From contig OZ024763.1 in NCBI GenBank assembly GCA_964016885.1, positions 9,362,001 through 9,426,000 on the forward strand: a DNA stretch of 64,000 bases. The letters run 5' to 3'. The stretch is from Eledone cirrhosa (taxonomy: Eukaryota). The position numbers and the translations under genes were made by a program. The notes beneath the pieces are model-generated. The model saw only the letters and a list, made by a program, of their open reading frames with translations, did not search any database and was not told where the DNA came from. Each line of letters opens with the position of its first letter. Position 1 is the first letter of the stretch. This document shows, one piece after another, positions 1-14,496 of the stretch.

Positions 1-36
1 ATATTCATCAATATATATATATTATTATTATTATTA

Positions 37-150
37 AATCCCGTTGAAGTTAACTTTGCCTTTCATTCTTACGGGGTCGATAAAATAAAGTACCAGTAAT
101 GTACTGGGTAATTTGCTGGCCTTGTGCCAAAAGTAGAAACAATTATTATT
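37..150 (+). mobile_element. SINE family 1, 3' fragment
   Basis: Matches the 3' half of the full copy at 39012-39203 (gttaactttgcctttcat...ggggtcgataaaataaagtaccag...gccttgtgccaaaagtagaaacaattatt). Confidence 0.8.
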
Positions 151-330
151 TATTAGATCAGATGGATTGGCCAAAACAATTCTACTGTTCTCTTTCAGAT
201 GTCACGATCTTCCATGGCATTCTTGAGATCATTAATCTCCAGTTGGACATCCCGAGACAGCTGATCTATTGTAGGTCATTCTGCTAGGGTCTTACCCCGT
301 GTGTATGTATATATATATATATATATATAT

Positions 331-2290
331 AGAGGGGCCAGCAGTACAAGTCAGCAGCAGCGTAGTAAGTAAAGCAATCAAAGATATGAAGATGGGGAAG
401 GCAACCGGTCCATCGGGTATAGCTGCCGAGATGCTGAAGGCATCTGGGTCTGTAGGGCACACTATAACCACACGTATTGTTAACCAGGTAATACTAGGTG
501 TCATACCGAAAGATTGGTGCAGTAGCATCATTGTCAACTGCTACAAAGGTAAAGGTGATGCACTAGATAGAGGAAACTATAGAGGTATGAAGCTGATGGA
601 CCAGGTCATGAAAGTAACAGAAAGAATTATAGCACAGTTGATTAGGGACCGGGTGAAACTAGATGAGATACAATTTGGGTTTGTACCAGGAAGAGGCACC
701 ACTGATGCCCTCTTCCTTGTGAGGCAGTTACAGGAAAAGTACCGAGCTAAAAGTAAGCCACTCTACCTGACATTCGTCCATCTCGAGAAAGCCTTTGACA
801 GAGTCCCACGTGCTGTAATCTGGTGGGCTCTTAGAAAACTAGGAGTAGATGAATGGCTTGTGAAAGCTGTACAAGCCATGTATAGGGGAGCAGTCAGCAA
901 AGTTAGGATTAGCAATGAGTATAGCGAGGAATTTCGCGTACAGGTTGGTGTCCACCAGGGCTCTGTTCTTAGCCCTTTCCTGTTCATCATAGTCCTGTAG
1001 GCAATAACAGAGGAGCTTAAGACCGGATGCCCATGGGAACTCCTATATGCAGATGACCTCGCACTTATAGCTGAATCTATGGTAGAGCTAGAGAAGAAAT
1101 TCCAAACTTGGAAGCAGGGACTAGAAAGAAAGGGTTTCAAAGTCAACATGACAAAGACTAAGATCCTTGTAAGTAGACGAGAAAACAGAACCCAGATCCC
1201 CCTCAGGGAAATGGCCTTGCTCAGTATGTAGGAACTCCATTCTCTGCCCCAAATGCAAACAATGGGTACACAAGAGATGTAGCGGGATCTCAGGAAGCTT
1301 AATTAAGAATGTAGGCTTCACATGTAGCAGCTGTGCTGGGACAGCAAGCAGCAAACAGCCACAGGAAACAAGTACCACCAATCTCTGGGAGGGCTCTGTA
1401 GAAACAGTAGACAGCTTCTGCTACCTAGGTGACCGAATTAGCAGCGGAGGTGGGTGTTCAGAAAGTACAATATCTAGGGTAAGAACGGGATGGAAGAAGT
1501 TTAGGGAACTACTACCACTGCTAGCTGCAAAAGGCTTCTCCCTCAGAATGAAAGGCAGACTGTATGATGCGTGTATCCGAACAGCGATGTTACATGGTAG
1601 TGAGACCTGGGCGCTGAAGGTGGAAGACTTGCGTAGATTAGAAAGAAACGAAGCCTGCATGCTCCGATGGATGTGTAATAGTAATATACGCGAACGGCAA
1701 AGCATAAATGAATTGAGAGAGAGACTGAGCATAAGAGGAATCAAATGCTGTGTGCAGGAGAGGCGGTTGCGTTGGTATGGCCATGTGATGCATATGAAGG
1801 ATGACAGCTGCATAAAAAGGTGCAGAGCACTAGAAGTCAATGGAAACCGCGGAGTGGGGAGACCCAAGAAGACCTGGGATGAGGTGATAAAAGCCGACCT
1901 TACCCAATTACACCTCTCAAAGGCGATGACGCACGACCGTGACCTCTGGCGTCACGCAGTAATACAGAGTACCCGACCTCCCATGGGTACAAGCTGAAGC
2001 ATATGGACAATATGCCCCCACTGCAAAGTGGTCGTGGAGGTGCCACGCAAAAAAGCACCCAGCCCACACTGTAAAGTGGACGTGTAGGCGCCACGGAAAA
2101 AAGCACCCAGCACTCACTGTAAATGAGGTTGGTGTTAGGAAGGGCATCCAGCTGTAGAAACCAAGCCAAAATCAGTTCCTGTATGAGCAAGGCATAGTCA
2201 GCCGACCAGACACTGCCCACAACAGGACAACCCGTCTAACCCATGCTAGCATGGAAGAACGGATGTAAAACGGTGATGATGATGATGATG
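331..2290 (+). mobile_element. RTE-clade LINE (subfamily A), 5'-truncated, with disabled RT ORF, 3' UTR and (GAT)n tail
   Basis: ORFs 299-1000 and 1548-1997 carry RT motifs (KATGPSG, NYRG, QFGF, LEKAFD, GVHQGSVLSP) and the RTE C-terminus (HGSETW, RRLRWYGHV); LYADD lies just after the premature TAG at 998-1000; GAT-repeat tail; flanked by (TA)n on both sides. Confidence 0.93.
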
Positions 2291-2448
2291 ATATATATAT
2301 ACACACACACATACATACACATATATCTTTAAGCTTCGAAGTGTAAGTGAAGAGTTTCTTAAGCTTCACATTTTATATTCTTCCTTCCAGAGTGTGCCTG
2401 TGCCTGTATATTTGTGTGTTTCATATTTACCAGTGATGGGGTTTATCA

Positions 2449-4044
2449 CTAGTGTTGACTACGTTTGTGAACAACCACTGAAGAATTACGAGTGAAAGAT
2501 TTCCTACATATTTCACAATGGTAGGGTTTTTCACCACTGTGTGTTCTTTTGTGAACTACAAGACCAGAATTATTAGAGAACGGCATTCCACATAGTTCAC
2601 AGGAATAAGGTTTTTCTCCAGTGTGTGTCCTTGTGTGAACTATCAGTGTAGAATTCTGAGTGAAAGATTTCCCACATATCTCGCAATGGAATGGTTTTTC
2701 TCCAGTATGTACTCGTTTGTGCCTTGTTAACATGCAGTTAGATACAAAAGATTTGCCACATATCTCACAATGGTACAGTTGATCTGCGGTGTGACTACGT
2801 TTGTGAACTACCAGAGAGCGCTTCTGAGTAAAATATTTACCACATACCTCACAGTGGAATGGTTTTTCTCCAGAATGTAACATTTTGTGAACTACAAGAT
2901 GAGAATCACGAGAAAAAGATTTCCCACATACTTCACATGAATAAGGTTTTTCTCCAGTGTGTGTTGTTGTATGTCTTTTCAAGTCACTGTTGGAGGCAAA
3001 AGATTTCCCACATATTTCACAGTGGAAGGGTTTTTCTCCAGTGTGACTCCGCATGTGGATGACAAGATTAGAATTAGCAGGGAAAGATTTCCCACATATT
3101 TCACAGTGGAAGGGCTTTTCTCTGGTGTGACTCCGCTTGTGGATAACAAATTTAGAATTAGCAGAGAAAGATTTCCCATGTATTTCACTGTGATAAGGTT
3201 TTTCTCTTGTATGTGTTGTTCTATGTCTTTTCAAGTCACTGCTGGAGACAAATGATTTCCCACATATTTCACAGTGGTAGCGTTTTTCTCCAGTGTGTGT
3301 TGCTAAATGTCTTTTCAAGTCACCGTTGGAGGTAAAACATTTCCCACATATTTCACAGTGGTAGGGTTTTTCTCCAGTATGACTCCGCATGTGAATGACA
3401 AGTGTAGAATTAGCATTGAAAGACACCCCACATATTTTGCAGTGGTAGGGTTTTTCTCCAGTGTGTATTAATCTGTGTTTTGTTAAATCACTGTTGCACA
3501 CAAAAGATTTCCCACATATTTTGCAGTGGTAGTGTTTTTCTCCAGTGTGTATTGAACTGTGTCTTTTTAAATTATAGTTACAGACGAATGATTTACCACA
3601 TATTTCGCAGTTGTAGGGTTTTTCTCCAGTGTGTATTGAACTGTGTCTTTTTAAAATATATTTACAGACAAAAGATTTCCCACATATTTCGCAGAGGTAG
3701 GGTTCTTCTCCGGGGTGTATTGATCTGTGACCTTTTAAAATATATTTACAGACAAAAGATTTCCCACATATTTCACAGTGGTAGGGTTTTTCTCCAGTGT
3801 GACTTCGTATGTGAACGACAAGCTTAGAATTAGTGGGGAAAGATTTATAACATATTTCACAGTGGTAGGGCTTTTCTCCAGTGTGACTTCGAATGTGGAT
3901 GACAAGTTTAGAATTAGCAGTGAAAGATTTCCCACATATTTCACATAGATAGGGTTTTTCTCCACTGTGTATATCTTTGTGTGAGGACAGTTCATATTTT
4001 GAAGAGAAAGTTTTCCTGCAAATCTCACAGCTATATTCAGACAT
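2449..4044 (-). CDS. Tandem C2H2 zinc-finger protein, 531 aa, 19 fingers (finger 11 degenerate)
   Basis: Uninterrupted ORF of 28-aa C-x2-C-x12-H-x3-H repeats with TGEKP linkers; no effector domain visible; an upstream exon cannot be excluded. Confidence 0.92.
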   Translation of the reverse strand: MSEYSCEICRKTFSSKYELSSHKDIHSGEKPYLCEICGKSFTANSKLVIHIRSHTGEKPYHCEICYKSFPTNSKLVVHIRSHTGEKPYHCEICGKSFVCKYILKGHRSIHPGEEPYLCEICGKSFVCKYILKRHSSIHTGEKPYNCEICGKSFVCNYNLKRHSSIHTGEKHYHCKICGKSFVCNSDLTKHRLIHTGEKPYHCKICGVSFNANSTLVIHMRSHTGEKPYHCEICGKCFTSNGDLKRHLATHTGEKRYHCEICGKSFVSSSDLKRHRTTHTREKPYHSEIHGKSFSANSKFVIHKRSHTREKPFHCEICGKSFPANSNLVIHMRSHTGEKPFHCEICGKSFASNSDLKRHTTTHTGEKPYSCEVCGKSFSRDSHLVVHKMLHSGEKPFHCEVCGKYFTQKRSLVVHKRSHTADQLYHCEICGKSFVSNCMLTRHKRVHTGEKPFHCEICGKSFTQNSTLIVHTRTHTGEKPYSCELCGMPFSNNSGLVVHKRTHSGEKPYHCEICRKSFTRNSSVVVHKRSQH

Positions 4045-5175
4045 ATTTCTAGCTAGTAATCTTTACACAAAGGATTCTCACCACTTCTCATACATTAATG
4101 TAGATATGGTTAATAGATGCTATGTAGTCTAAGTAATATACAGTGTCCATAAAAGGCTGTAGAACTCGGCTTTCTTCTTCTACAAGGTTGTAATGTAGCA
4201 TTCAGTTGGCACAAGTAAGAAGACATAAGACGGCGTAAGACTGATGTTGGATGAAGAAAATTCAAGTGCAAATATAGTGACTGGCGAATCTCGCGAGTGC
4301 TTGGCTGTTTCAGCGCATCAGCCTCGCCATCACCCGAAGCAACTCTGCCAGTGTGCTGGCTTGCCTCAAAAATCATTAGAGAGGTTGCCCAGTACTCGCG
4401 ACATTGCTGTCTTTTGTTCTGGTGTTGGCTCCGTTATTCACCCCTTCTTTTACATTTTCTTTACATTTGAAGGAATATATCTTTCATTATATCATCCTTT
4501 GTAGTGTTACCGAGGCATATGTAATGCTATTCTACTGTAAATTTATTCTGAAAGAATTGCAAACGATTTGTAATGTTGTTTGTGCAACTATGGAGTATTA
4601 ATTGTATTATGTGTTTATATTTTCATTCTGTAAGAATTGTAAACAATAAAAATAGTAAAGTGCAAATATATATATTATATATAGAGAGTGTGTAGAAATA
4701 TGTGTGTACGTGTTGTAATAAGTCAAGATATTTCACTACAGATAGAAAATTTCACAATATGTGTGTTGTGATGGAAAATGAAATAATACATACTTTAGTT
4801 TTGAAGGCCAAATATAAAGTCAAGAAAAGTTAGGAAAAACTAAATGTTCAGATTTCTGATTAAAAAAAACAACAGCAATCACATCACGATGTTGGGGGTA
4901 GTTTGTGATGAAATATTTAATAATACAGATGATAAAACAACAACTATAAGGTAAATAAGTCACCCTATCTTATTTACAAATATTAACGTTCACCTTCATA
5001 TGAAATAATTACCATAAAAGATAAAATTAGATTAGGTTTAAGTTGTAACGATGTGATGATAGGTTCCACTGTCTAAATGATACCGGTGACATGATTTAAA
5101 GTCCCCTACATAATTTAATACATTCAAAAACTACTTCAAACAAGATATTAGTTCTTTATTCAGATTTGTATAAAT

Positions 5176-5358
5176 TGTGGTTAGAAAAAGCTAACTCACT
5201 TACCGCTTTTCATAGGCACCGCTAAATCCCTCTGCTGGTTTCTCCTCTTCCACGTGTGTCCAACTCCTTAACACCGGGAGCTGGTCACCACTAGAGTGAG
5301 ACCCATCTGGTCGAGCACTCCCCCGTTTCCGGCCACCGCACACCACACCATACCCACA
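5176..5358 (-). mobile_element. Solo LTR of the neighbouring Gypsy family (internally deleted)
   Basis: TG...CA ends, homologous to the LTRs at 5856-6098 and 9370-9601, flanked by a perfect 5-bp target-site duplication TAAAT (5171-5175 and 5359-5363). Confidence 0.9.
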
Positions 5359-5482
5359 TAAATAACATTACTAACTTTACAAAGTTGTTTATATTAAAAC
5401 AAAACACATTATTAAAGGTAATAAAATAGAAAGAATAAACTGGAAATGAAACGAAGAAAAAGGAAAACGAATCAAGCAACGA

Positions 5483-5585
5483 AAATAATTGTTTCTACTT
5501 TTGGCACAAGGCCAGCAAATACCTAGTACATTACTGGTACTTTATGTTATCGACCCCGTAAGGATGAAAAGCAAAGTTAACCTTG
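5483..5585 (-). mobile_element. SINE family 1, 3' fragment
   Basis: Reverse complement of the family-1 3' half. Confidence 0.75.
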
Positions 5586-6108
5586 AAAATAATGGGAGAG
5601 AGGAGGGACAGATACTATACCCCAGTCTGATCCCCACCCCACAGACAAAATGGTAAAGGAGTTACCACGGAAAATAGCTAGAGAAACCTACTGCAACACC
5701 CACTCCTACCTCACGGGGATCCTTTCTCAAGTGGGCTACAGTCTGCAATTTTGGGAAGGAAATTAACATTGTGGAGACAAAGAGAAAGTGGCTAGTCAGG
5801 CCAAGTATTTAACTATCTTTCCCTTCTCTGTATTGCAGGTAGTGCAGCCAGGGTTTGTGGCCGTTAGAAATAGCTAACTCACTTACCGGTTTTCATAGGC
5901 GCTGCTAAATCCCACTGCTGGTTTCTCCTCTTCCACGTGTGTCCAACTCCTTAACACCGGGAGCTGCCAAAACTCGCGTCCACACCGTTGCTGGTCACCA
6001 CTAGAGAGAGACCCATCTGCTCGCCCTTCCAGTTGAGCATCCTTCCGGCCAAGCACCCTTCCGGTCGAGCACTCCCCCGCTTCCGGCCACCGCACGCCCC
6101 CCCTGATC

Positions 6109-8484
6109 TCAAGGATCAATTTCCCCCTCGTCCTTCTGCATATGAAAGTCAGCTCTCCAGGTTGGTGGTTTACGACTTCTTTGCAATCTCCGCAGTGTTG
6201 GGGTAGCACTTTGGGTTTCCTCTTGCTCGGAGTCCGTTGATACAGTGATTCTACGGACATCCAGGACATGACGTGGTACTCCGTCCACGGACACATTGTT
6301 CTGGGAATTTACAGCCGTCACCGTTCCTCTTCCCCATTGAGATGTGCAACGTGCATCTGGGGGCTTAACCCAGACTTCTTCGCTCACCTGCACGAATGCA
6401 CTCTCTCTCCCCACTGGCCGTTGTGGTGGCGTGCACGGGTGCCGCCACTCGTATCTGAATACTGCTCTGTGTGGCACCGATTCCTCGACCTGTCCCACCC
6501 GAGGGGACATGTACCAGAACACTGCCTCCATTGGTGAGATATGGCCCCGCTCCGCCATTGTCTTGATCGTCCGGTGGTGTCGTTCCACAATTCCATTCCA
6601 TTCCCGCTCGGCCTGTGCGCTACTCTGAAGAAACGGTCCATCTTCCATCCATTGAGCATCTCCCTCAGCGCCTCCGAGCGGAACGCTGCGCTGTTGTCCA
6701 TCAGCAGTTCGTCCACAGGGCCCCTCTCTCAACGTCTGCATGATTTCCTCGGCCGTTCCAGTCTTCATCTCCCTCCATATCGCCATCCGTCCTGGTCCAC
6801 AGTCGACCATCGAGAGGTATGTTCCGTCGGTAGTGCGTTACATCCACCGCCAATCGCTTCCAGTCGCGATCCACCGGGAGGCTTCCTGTTTCGTGCACAC
6901 CCGGGGCGGGATCAATGGACTGACATCGGACGCAGCCTCTAACCACCCTTTGAACACTGTGTCTGTTAACGTCCGAGTCGATTCTCTTGGCTAGGAACAG
7001 GCTCCTATCCACTCCCATGTGGTGCATATCATGCAACCCCTTCAGATCCGACTCGGTCAGCCGACACACGGCAGCAATCTCATCTTCTACCTCCTCCGGC
7101 ACTTCCATCCAGGCTTTCTTCACCCTAGTTAAGACGTCCGCCCTATTTTTCTCTGAGGGTACGAAAACTACGCTCAGCCTCAGGTCGAACTCGGTGGCCA
7201 GCTCTCCTAAAGTTGCCAGGCGGCGCTTTATCAGCATCTCCGGCGCCTCTCTTCTCACTGGTGAGCACTGATCTCACCCATCCGAATACAGTAGCCGAGT
7301 CGGTGCGTATCTCGATGATGCGCTCTCCCCACCTCAGGGTGAGGTTCACCCCTCTCAACACTTCGTCCAGTTCGGCCACATTGATGTGGTTGCAGTCGTC
7401 CTTCTTCCTAAGCCAGGCTGCATCCTCCCTCCAACGCTTCTGACGGCTTCGCAGCCAGTCCATACCCCTGTAAATGGCTTGTGACCTCCGCCGCCAACAC
7501 CACAGACTCGTCCACTAGGATGTCGTCAATATAGGAGTTAGTGGCCCTCTTCATCTTGTCGGCCTTTCCCAGAATGGTCTTGAGGACCGCCGCCATGATC
7601 TTCGATGTGGAGCTCAGCCCGAAACCAAGCCTGGTCAGGCAATATGTCCGGCCCTTATACCTGACCAGCTGATACTGCCAGAGCTTCTCATCGATATGCA
7701 ATTGCAAGTATGCCGACTTTAGATCTACGATTGCTGAATCCCCCGTCATGCGTCTCCACTCACGCAGGGTTTCCCCACAGACATCCGTGACCTCGCCACC
7801 CGTGTGGCATGACACGTGCTCGTTCAGCTCCCGAAAGTCCAGCACCAGCCTCATCCTGTTCTTCGTGGGTTGTGCCACCGCCATTAACGGCAATACTCCG
7901 CACTTCACCTCCTCTTTCCAGGGAAGCAGTATGCCCTCCTCAATCCATCTCTCTACCTCTCGCTCGATCCTAATGTTTCCCTTCAATGTGTGTTGATAGC
8001 AGCCCACTTTGGTCTTCAGTGTTGGTGGTTCTCCCTTCCAGTACCACTCAACAACCCATCGCTGCCCATCGAACACGGCCTTGAAGTCTTTGTCCTGCAC
8101 AGTGTAAGTGGGGTATTTCTCCTCGTGGGCCTTCTGGTTCTCCTGTCGCGTACTCACAGCGCATACCGATGCAGCGGCGCCAAACGACACACCGACATTG
8201 TTCACTGTGACGCCTCCTAGACGGCCAATTGCGTCCATGCGCATAACCACGCAGATTCCATCCACCACGCTATCTACTACGATGGTAGAAAGCCTTATTT
8301 TCCTTCCCCGTACCGCCATTTCCATCTCGCTGCGACCTCGGCATTCAAATTTCCTACCGTCGACTGCCCTTACGCTGTTCTTCCCTCTCCACCTCTGCTC
8401 CACCCCTGCGGTCACCAGTGTCGTCGTACAGCCCGTGTCCACGTGGGCTCGCTGTGGCTTTCCCCTCACGGAGACTTCCACCAC
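6109..8484 (-). pseudogene. Gypsy pol (protease, RT, RNase H, integrase), frameshifted
   Basis: Protease VDTGC; RT RLVLDFRELN, DLKSAY, YIDDILV; RNase H AELD...TDS; integrase HH..CC, AVDVT, MDNSAAF, NGIVERHHRTIK; spread over several frames. Confidence 0.9.
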
Positions 8485-8495
8485 AGGCAGCGCCT

Positions 8496-9242
8496 CTACT
8501 CGTAAGGGGCAACTACCGGCGCAGTAGTTCCCTGGTCGCAGTTAATAGCGATGTGGCCTGGTCGCTTACACCGGTAGCATATTATTTCCGGCCTTGACTC
8601 TCTACAGTCTCTCACCATGTGCGGGCCTTGGCACCGAAAACAGCGACCTCTAAACGTTCGCGGGCGACTGCGTGCCGTGGTTGCCTTCCTTTCACTATTT
8701 CGCTGCCAGCTGTCTTGAGCCTCTGTAGTTGCTATCGCTGCAACACTCTTCTTGGCATCTTCTGCTATGATCCGGGTTTGTTCCACCAGTGAACGCATTT
8801 CCATTTCTTTGTAACCCGGGACTTGGTGCAGTTTCACCGTTATGGCGTCTGGAAATCCATTTATGAACGCCAACCGCACCGTGCGTTCACATTCCACCTG
8901 ATATTCAGCTAACATGGCCAATCACCGTATTTCCGCTGCGAAAATGTCAACGCGTTCACCGTTCCATCTAATTCTTGCCAGCTTAGCGAAAGCGGCTATC
9001 GGTCCCTCTGCGAACGCTTCCATCATGCGCCTCTCAATCTTTTGCGCATCTCTTTGGCTGTGTTCGTCCAACTCAAGGAAGAGTACCAACGCGCCCCCCT
9101 CGAGGTACAGTGCCATGAGGCCAGCCACATCTTCTATCTTCTGCAAGCTTGCGACCAGCCGGACATTTCGTAGCCAAGCGACAACATCACCTTCCCCGGT
9201 AAATGCCCTGATAGCTTCGCTTGTTCGTAGTCTTGTCGCCAT
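8496..9242 (-). pseudogene. Gypsy gag with two CCHC zinc knuckles (in-frame TGA at 8922-8924)
   Basis: ORFs 8922-9242 and 8496-8921 are in the same frame; knuckles CFRCQGPHMVRDC and CYRCKRPGHIAINC. Confidence 0.85.
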
Positions 9243-9357
9243 CTTCTAATTTGTCTTGCGGTACGTGATAAAAAAAAACAACAACAGACTCCTCTGTTTT
9301 TCCAGTAGCTTTTTTTCTTTTTATTTTTTCTTTTCCAATCAGATCTCAGTTTCCAGT

Positions 9358-9369
9358 GCCGAAATAGCT
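9358..9369 (-). promoter_or_regulatory. Putative primer-binding site, complementary to nt 1-12 of tRNA-Phe(GAA)
   Basis: Element strand AGCTATTTCGGC abuts the 5' LTR; plus strand GCCGAAATAGCT equals the 5' end of metazoan tRNA-Phe. Confidence 0.65.
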
Positions 9370-10183
9370 TGTGGTTAGAAAAAGCTATCTCACTCACCAC
9401 TTTTCATAGGCACCGTTAAATCCCACTGCTGGTTTCTCCTCTTCCACGTGCGTCCAACTCCTTAACACCGGGAGCTGCCAAAACTCACGTCCACACCGTT
9501 GCTGGTCACCACTAGAGAGAGACCCATCTGCTGGCCCTTCCGGTCGAGCATCCTTCCAACCAAGCACCCTTCCGGTCACCGCACGCCACACCATACCCAC
9601 AGTTTTTTCATAAACCGAGTCGTTGCTCGTCTCTTGGACGTCGGAGCACGACAAAAATACCCTCACTTTCTTCCTATGGTGCAAATGTGGTGCCGTTTGG
9701 CCAAAAGTTTGTTACATACATACAACCGTCAACTTTACTAATATAGATATCATTATCATCACCATCGTTGATCGATTAACTAAGAATATTTTGAAGGTAA
9801 AAAATAATCAGTTAAAGAATTGAAAGTTAACAACATTTTAGATATGTTTATATTTTTTTAATATTTATACATATGCAATGAATAAAACAATTCATCTGTA
9901 ATAACTTTTGTTGTTTTTCTACACACATTTCATTATTAATATTATTGTAATCATTATAATTATTAGTATTATTATTAGTGATAAATTTTACATCAGGTTT
10001 ACAGGGACAAACACATACCTAATACATGTAGGAATGAAGTAAAGTTATCTAAAAATGTGTGTGGGGGAGGGGGAGATAGAATATGTGTGTATGAGACAAA
10101 GAGAAGAAAATTCAACTATATCTTTTAAAATGATTTGAAAAAAATAAATAAAAACAATAGAGTACATGTGCAAGTGTATGAGA

Positions 10184-10229
<46 letters not shown>

Positions 10230-10232
10230 AGA

Positions 10233-10546
10233 ATAAAGAAATACAAAGTTTAGATGATAAAGTCCTTTATTGATAAGGCCATTGTACATATTTCGAGGAC
10301 GACAATTTGTTACGCAATACAGCGTAACAGGCATTCGATTAATAGACATCGCTGTTTCTCCGTTCCCTTTGTCACTTCAATTTTATATTAGCTCCTTCAT
10401 TGTAACTTTATTATGTAAGTCGCTGTCTGAAGAGCCGCTGGCACAAGCTTCTCTGGTGTATTACCTAACCAATTGCCGTCCTCCAAATATGTACAATGGC
10501 CTTATCAAGTAAGGACTTTATCATCTAAACTTTGTATTTCCTTATT
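10233..10546 (+). mobile_element. Fold-back element (~90-bp inverted arms) with degenerate hammerhead, Penelope pLTR-like
   Basis: Arms 10233-10320 and 10458-10546 are reverse complements; GCTGT-CTGAAGA...(G>C)AAA-TATGTA-CA-ATGGC at 10422-10500. Confidence 0.6.
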
Positions 10547-10619
10547 ATAAAAATACTGTCACTCCTGTGAGGAAAATGTACATTCAGTTCTTGAATTGAA
10601 TTACATCAATATTTTTACA

Positions 10620-13050
<2,431 letters not shown>

Positions 13051-13340
13051 AATTAGAATTAGTGCTCTGAAATAGCTATATATATGTGAATGTATATACA
13101 GTGTATTTTGCAATACACTGTATGCTTAATTAAAAGCATTTTGATGGAATTACCCCTTGAAAAGTTCGGCTATTTATTACCACGCTAAAAATCTAATTTA
13201 GTCCAGAAATAGCCGTCGAAACTGCTTGAGCTCTGCCGTCAGAGGTCTTGAACATTTTCCTATTACCCACTCTACTACCCTAGGTATTGAGTACTCTGGT
13301 GTGTTATGGTCCACCTGGTTCCTTACCACACTTCCTTCCT
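13051..13340. mobile_element. Two short interspersed-repeat fragments
   Basis: 13051-13145 is homologous to 62593-62685; 13210-13340 is homologous to 53315-53430. Confidence 0.6.
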
Positions 13341-13680
<340 letters not shown>

Positions 13681-14074
13681 TCGTTTCTGAATTTGTTTAG
13701 CAAGATTCTTTATCTGAAATCGTGTGTTGAAACCGATATTGTTATACTTGGTGCATGTGTTTCTTATTGGCAACATGACCCTCCCAAAGTATAACAATGT
13801 ATATATACATATATATGTACTATTATGTTCCCTCCTATTGTATTATATTGTAATGTCTACGCCATTTTTATTTTATAAATTAACTGTGGAGATATAAAAG
13901 ATACAGAAGTGAAAACCAACCAAACAGTGAGTTCTGTTATATTTCTGGCAATATTATTACAACAATATGACCCTCCCCAAGTATAACAATATATATATAT
14001 ATAAGTTTTAATATAGATGAGATTCTACAGGACTAGAACTGTTTCATTCTTTGGATATATATATATATATATAT

Positions 14075-14243
14075 ATATCACATAAGAAACGGAGAATCAG
14101 TGTTGTGATGAATAAGATTTATTAGACATATTACAATCGTTTCCCTGGCGACCAGCTTGAGGCTGATCGCCAGGGAAACGATTGTAATATGTCTAATAAA
14201 TCTTATTCGTCACAACACTGATTCTCCGTTTCTTATGTGATAT
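14075..14243. repeat. Near-perfect ~80-bp-arm palindrome (fold-back element containing a hammerhead 3' half)
   Basis: Arms are reverse-complementary around loop 14157-14161; GAAA-CGATTG-TA at 14175-14186 followed by AATAAA. Confidence 0.85.
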
Positions 14244-14440
14244 TATACTCTGCTCTGTAAGAGCATCGAGTGCTCAAACGGCCTACCGCTTACGGACGCT
14301 TTAAGCATCCCACACCATATATATATATATATATATACACATCATCATCATCATCACCATGATGTATATATATATATAAATAAATATGTGTGTGTGTGTA
14401 TATGTATATGTATATATATGTGTATATATATATAAATATG

Positions 14441-14496
<56 letters not shown>

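Larger units (their letters stand above)
5856..9601 (-). mobile_element. Compact Ty3/Gypsy LTR retrotransposon (~3.75 kb), degenerate
   Basis: Direct LTRs 9370-9601 (5') and 5856-~6098 (3'); G-rich PPT next to the 3' LTR; internal gag-PR-RT-RH-IN order. Confidence 0.93.

Noticed and set aside
8922-8924. Programmed stop-codon readthrough in gag
   Set aside because: The TGA is most simply a decay mutation (e.g. CGA to TGA) in an element with many other lesions; one copy cannot support readthrough.
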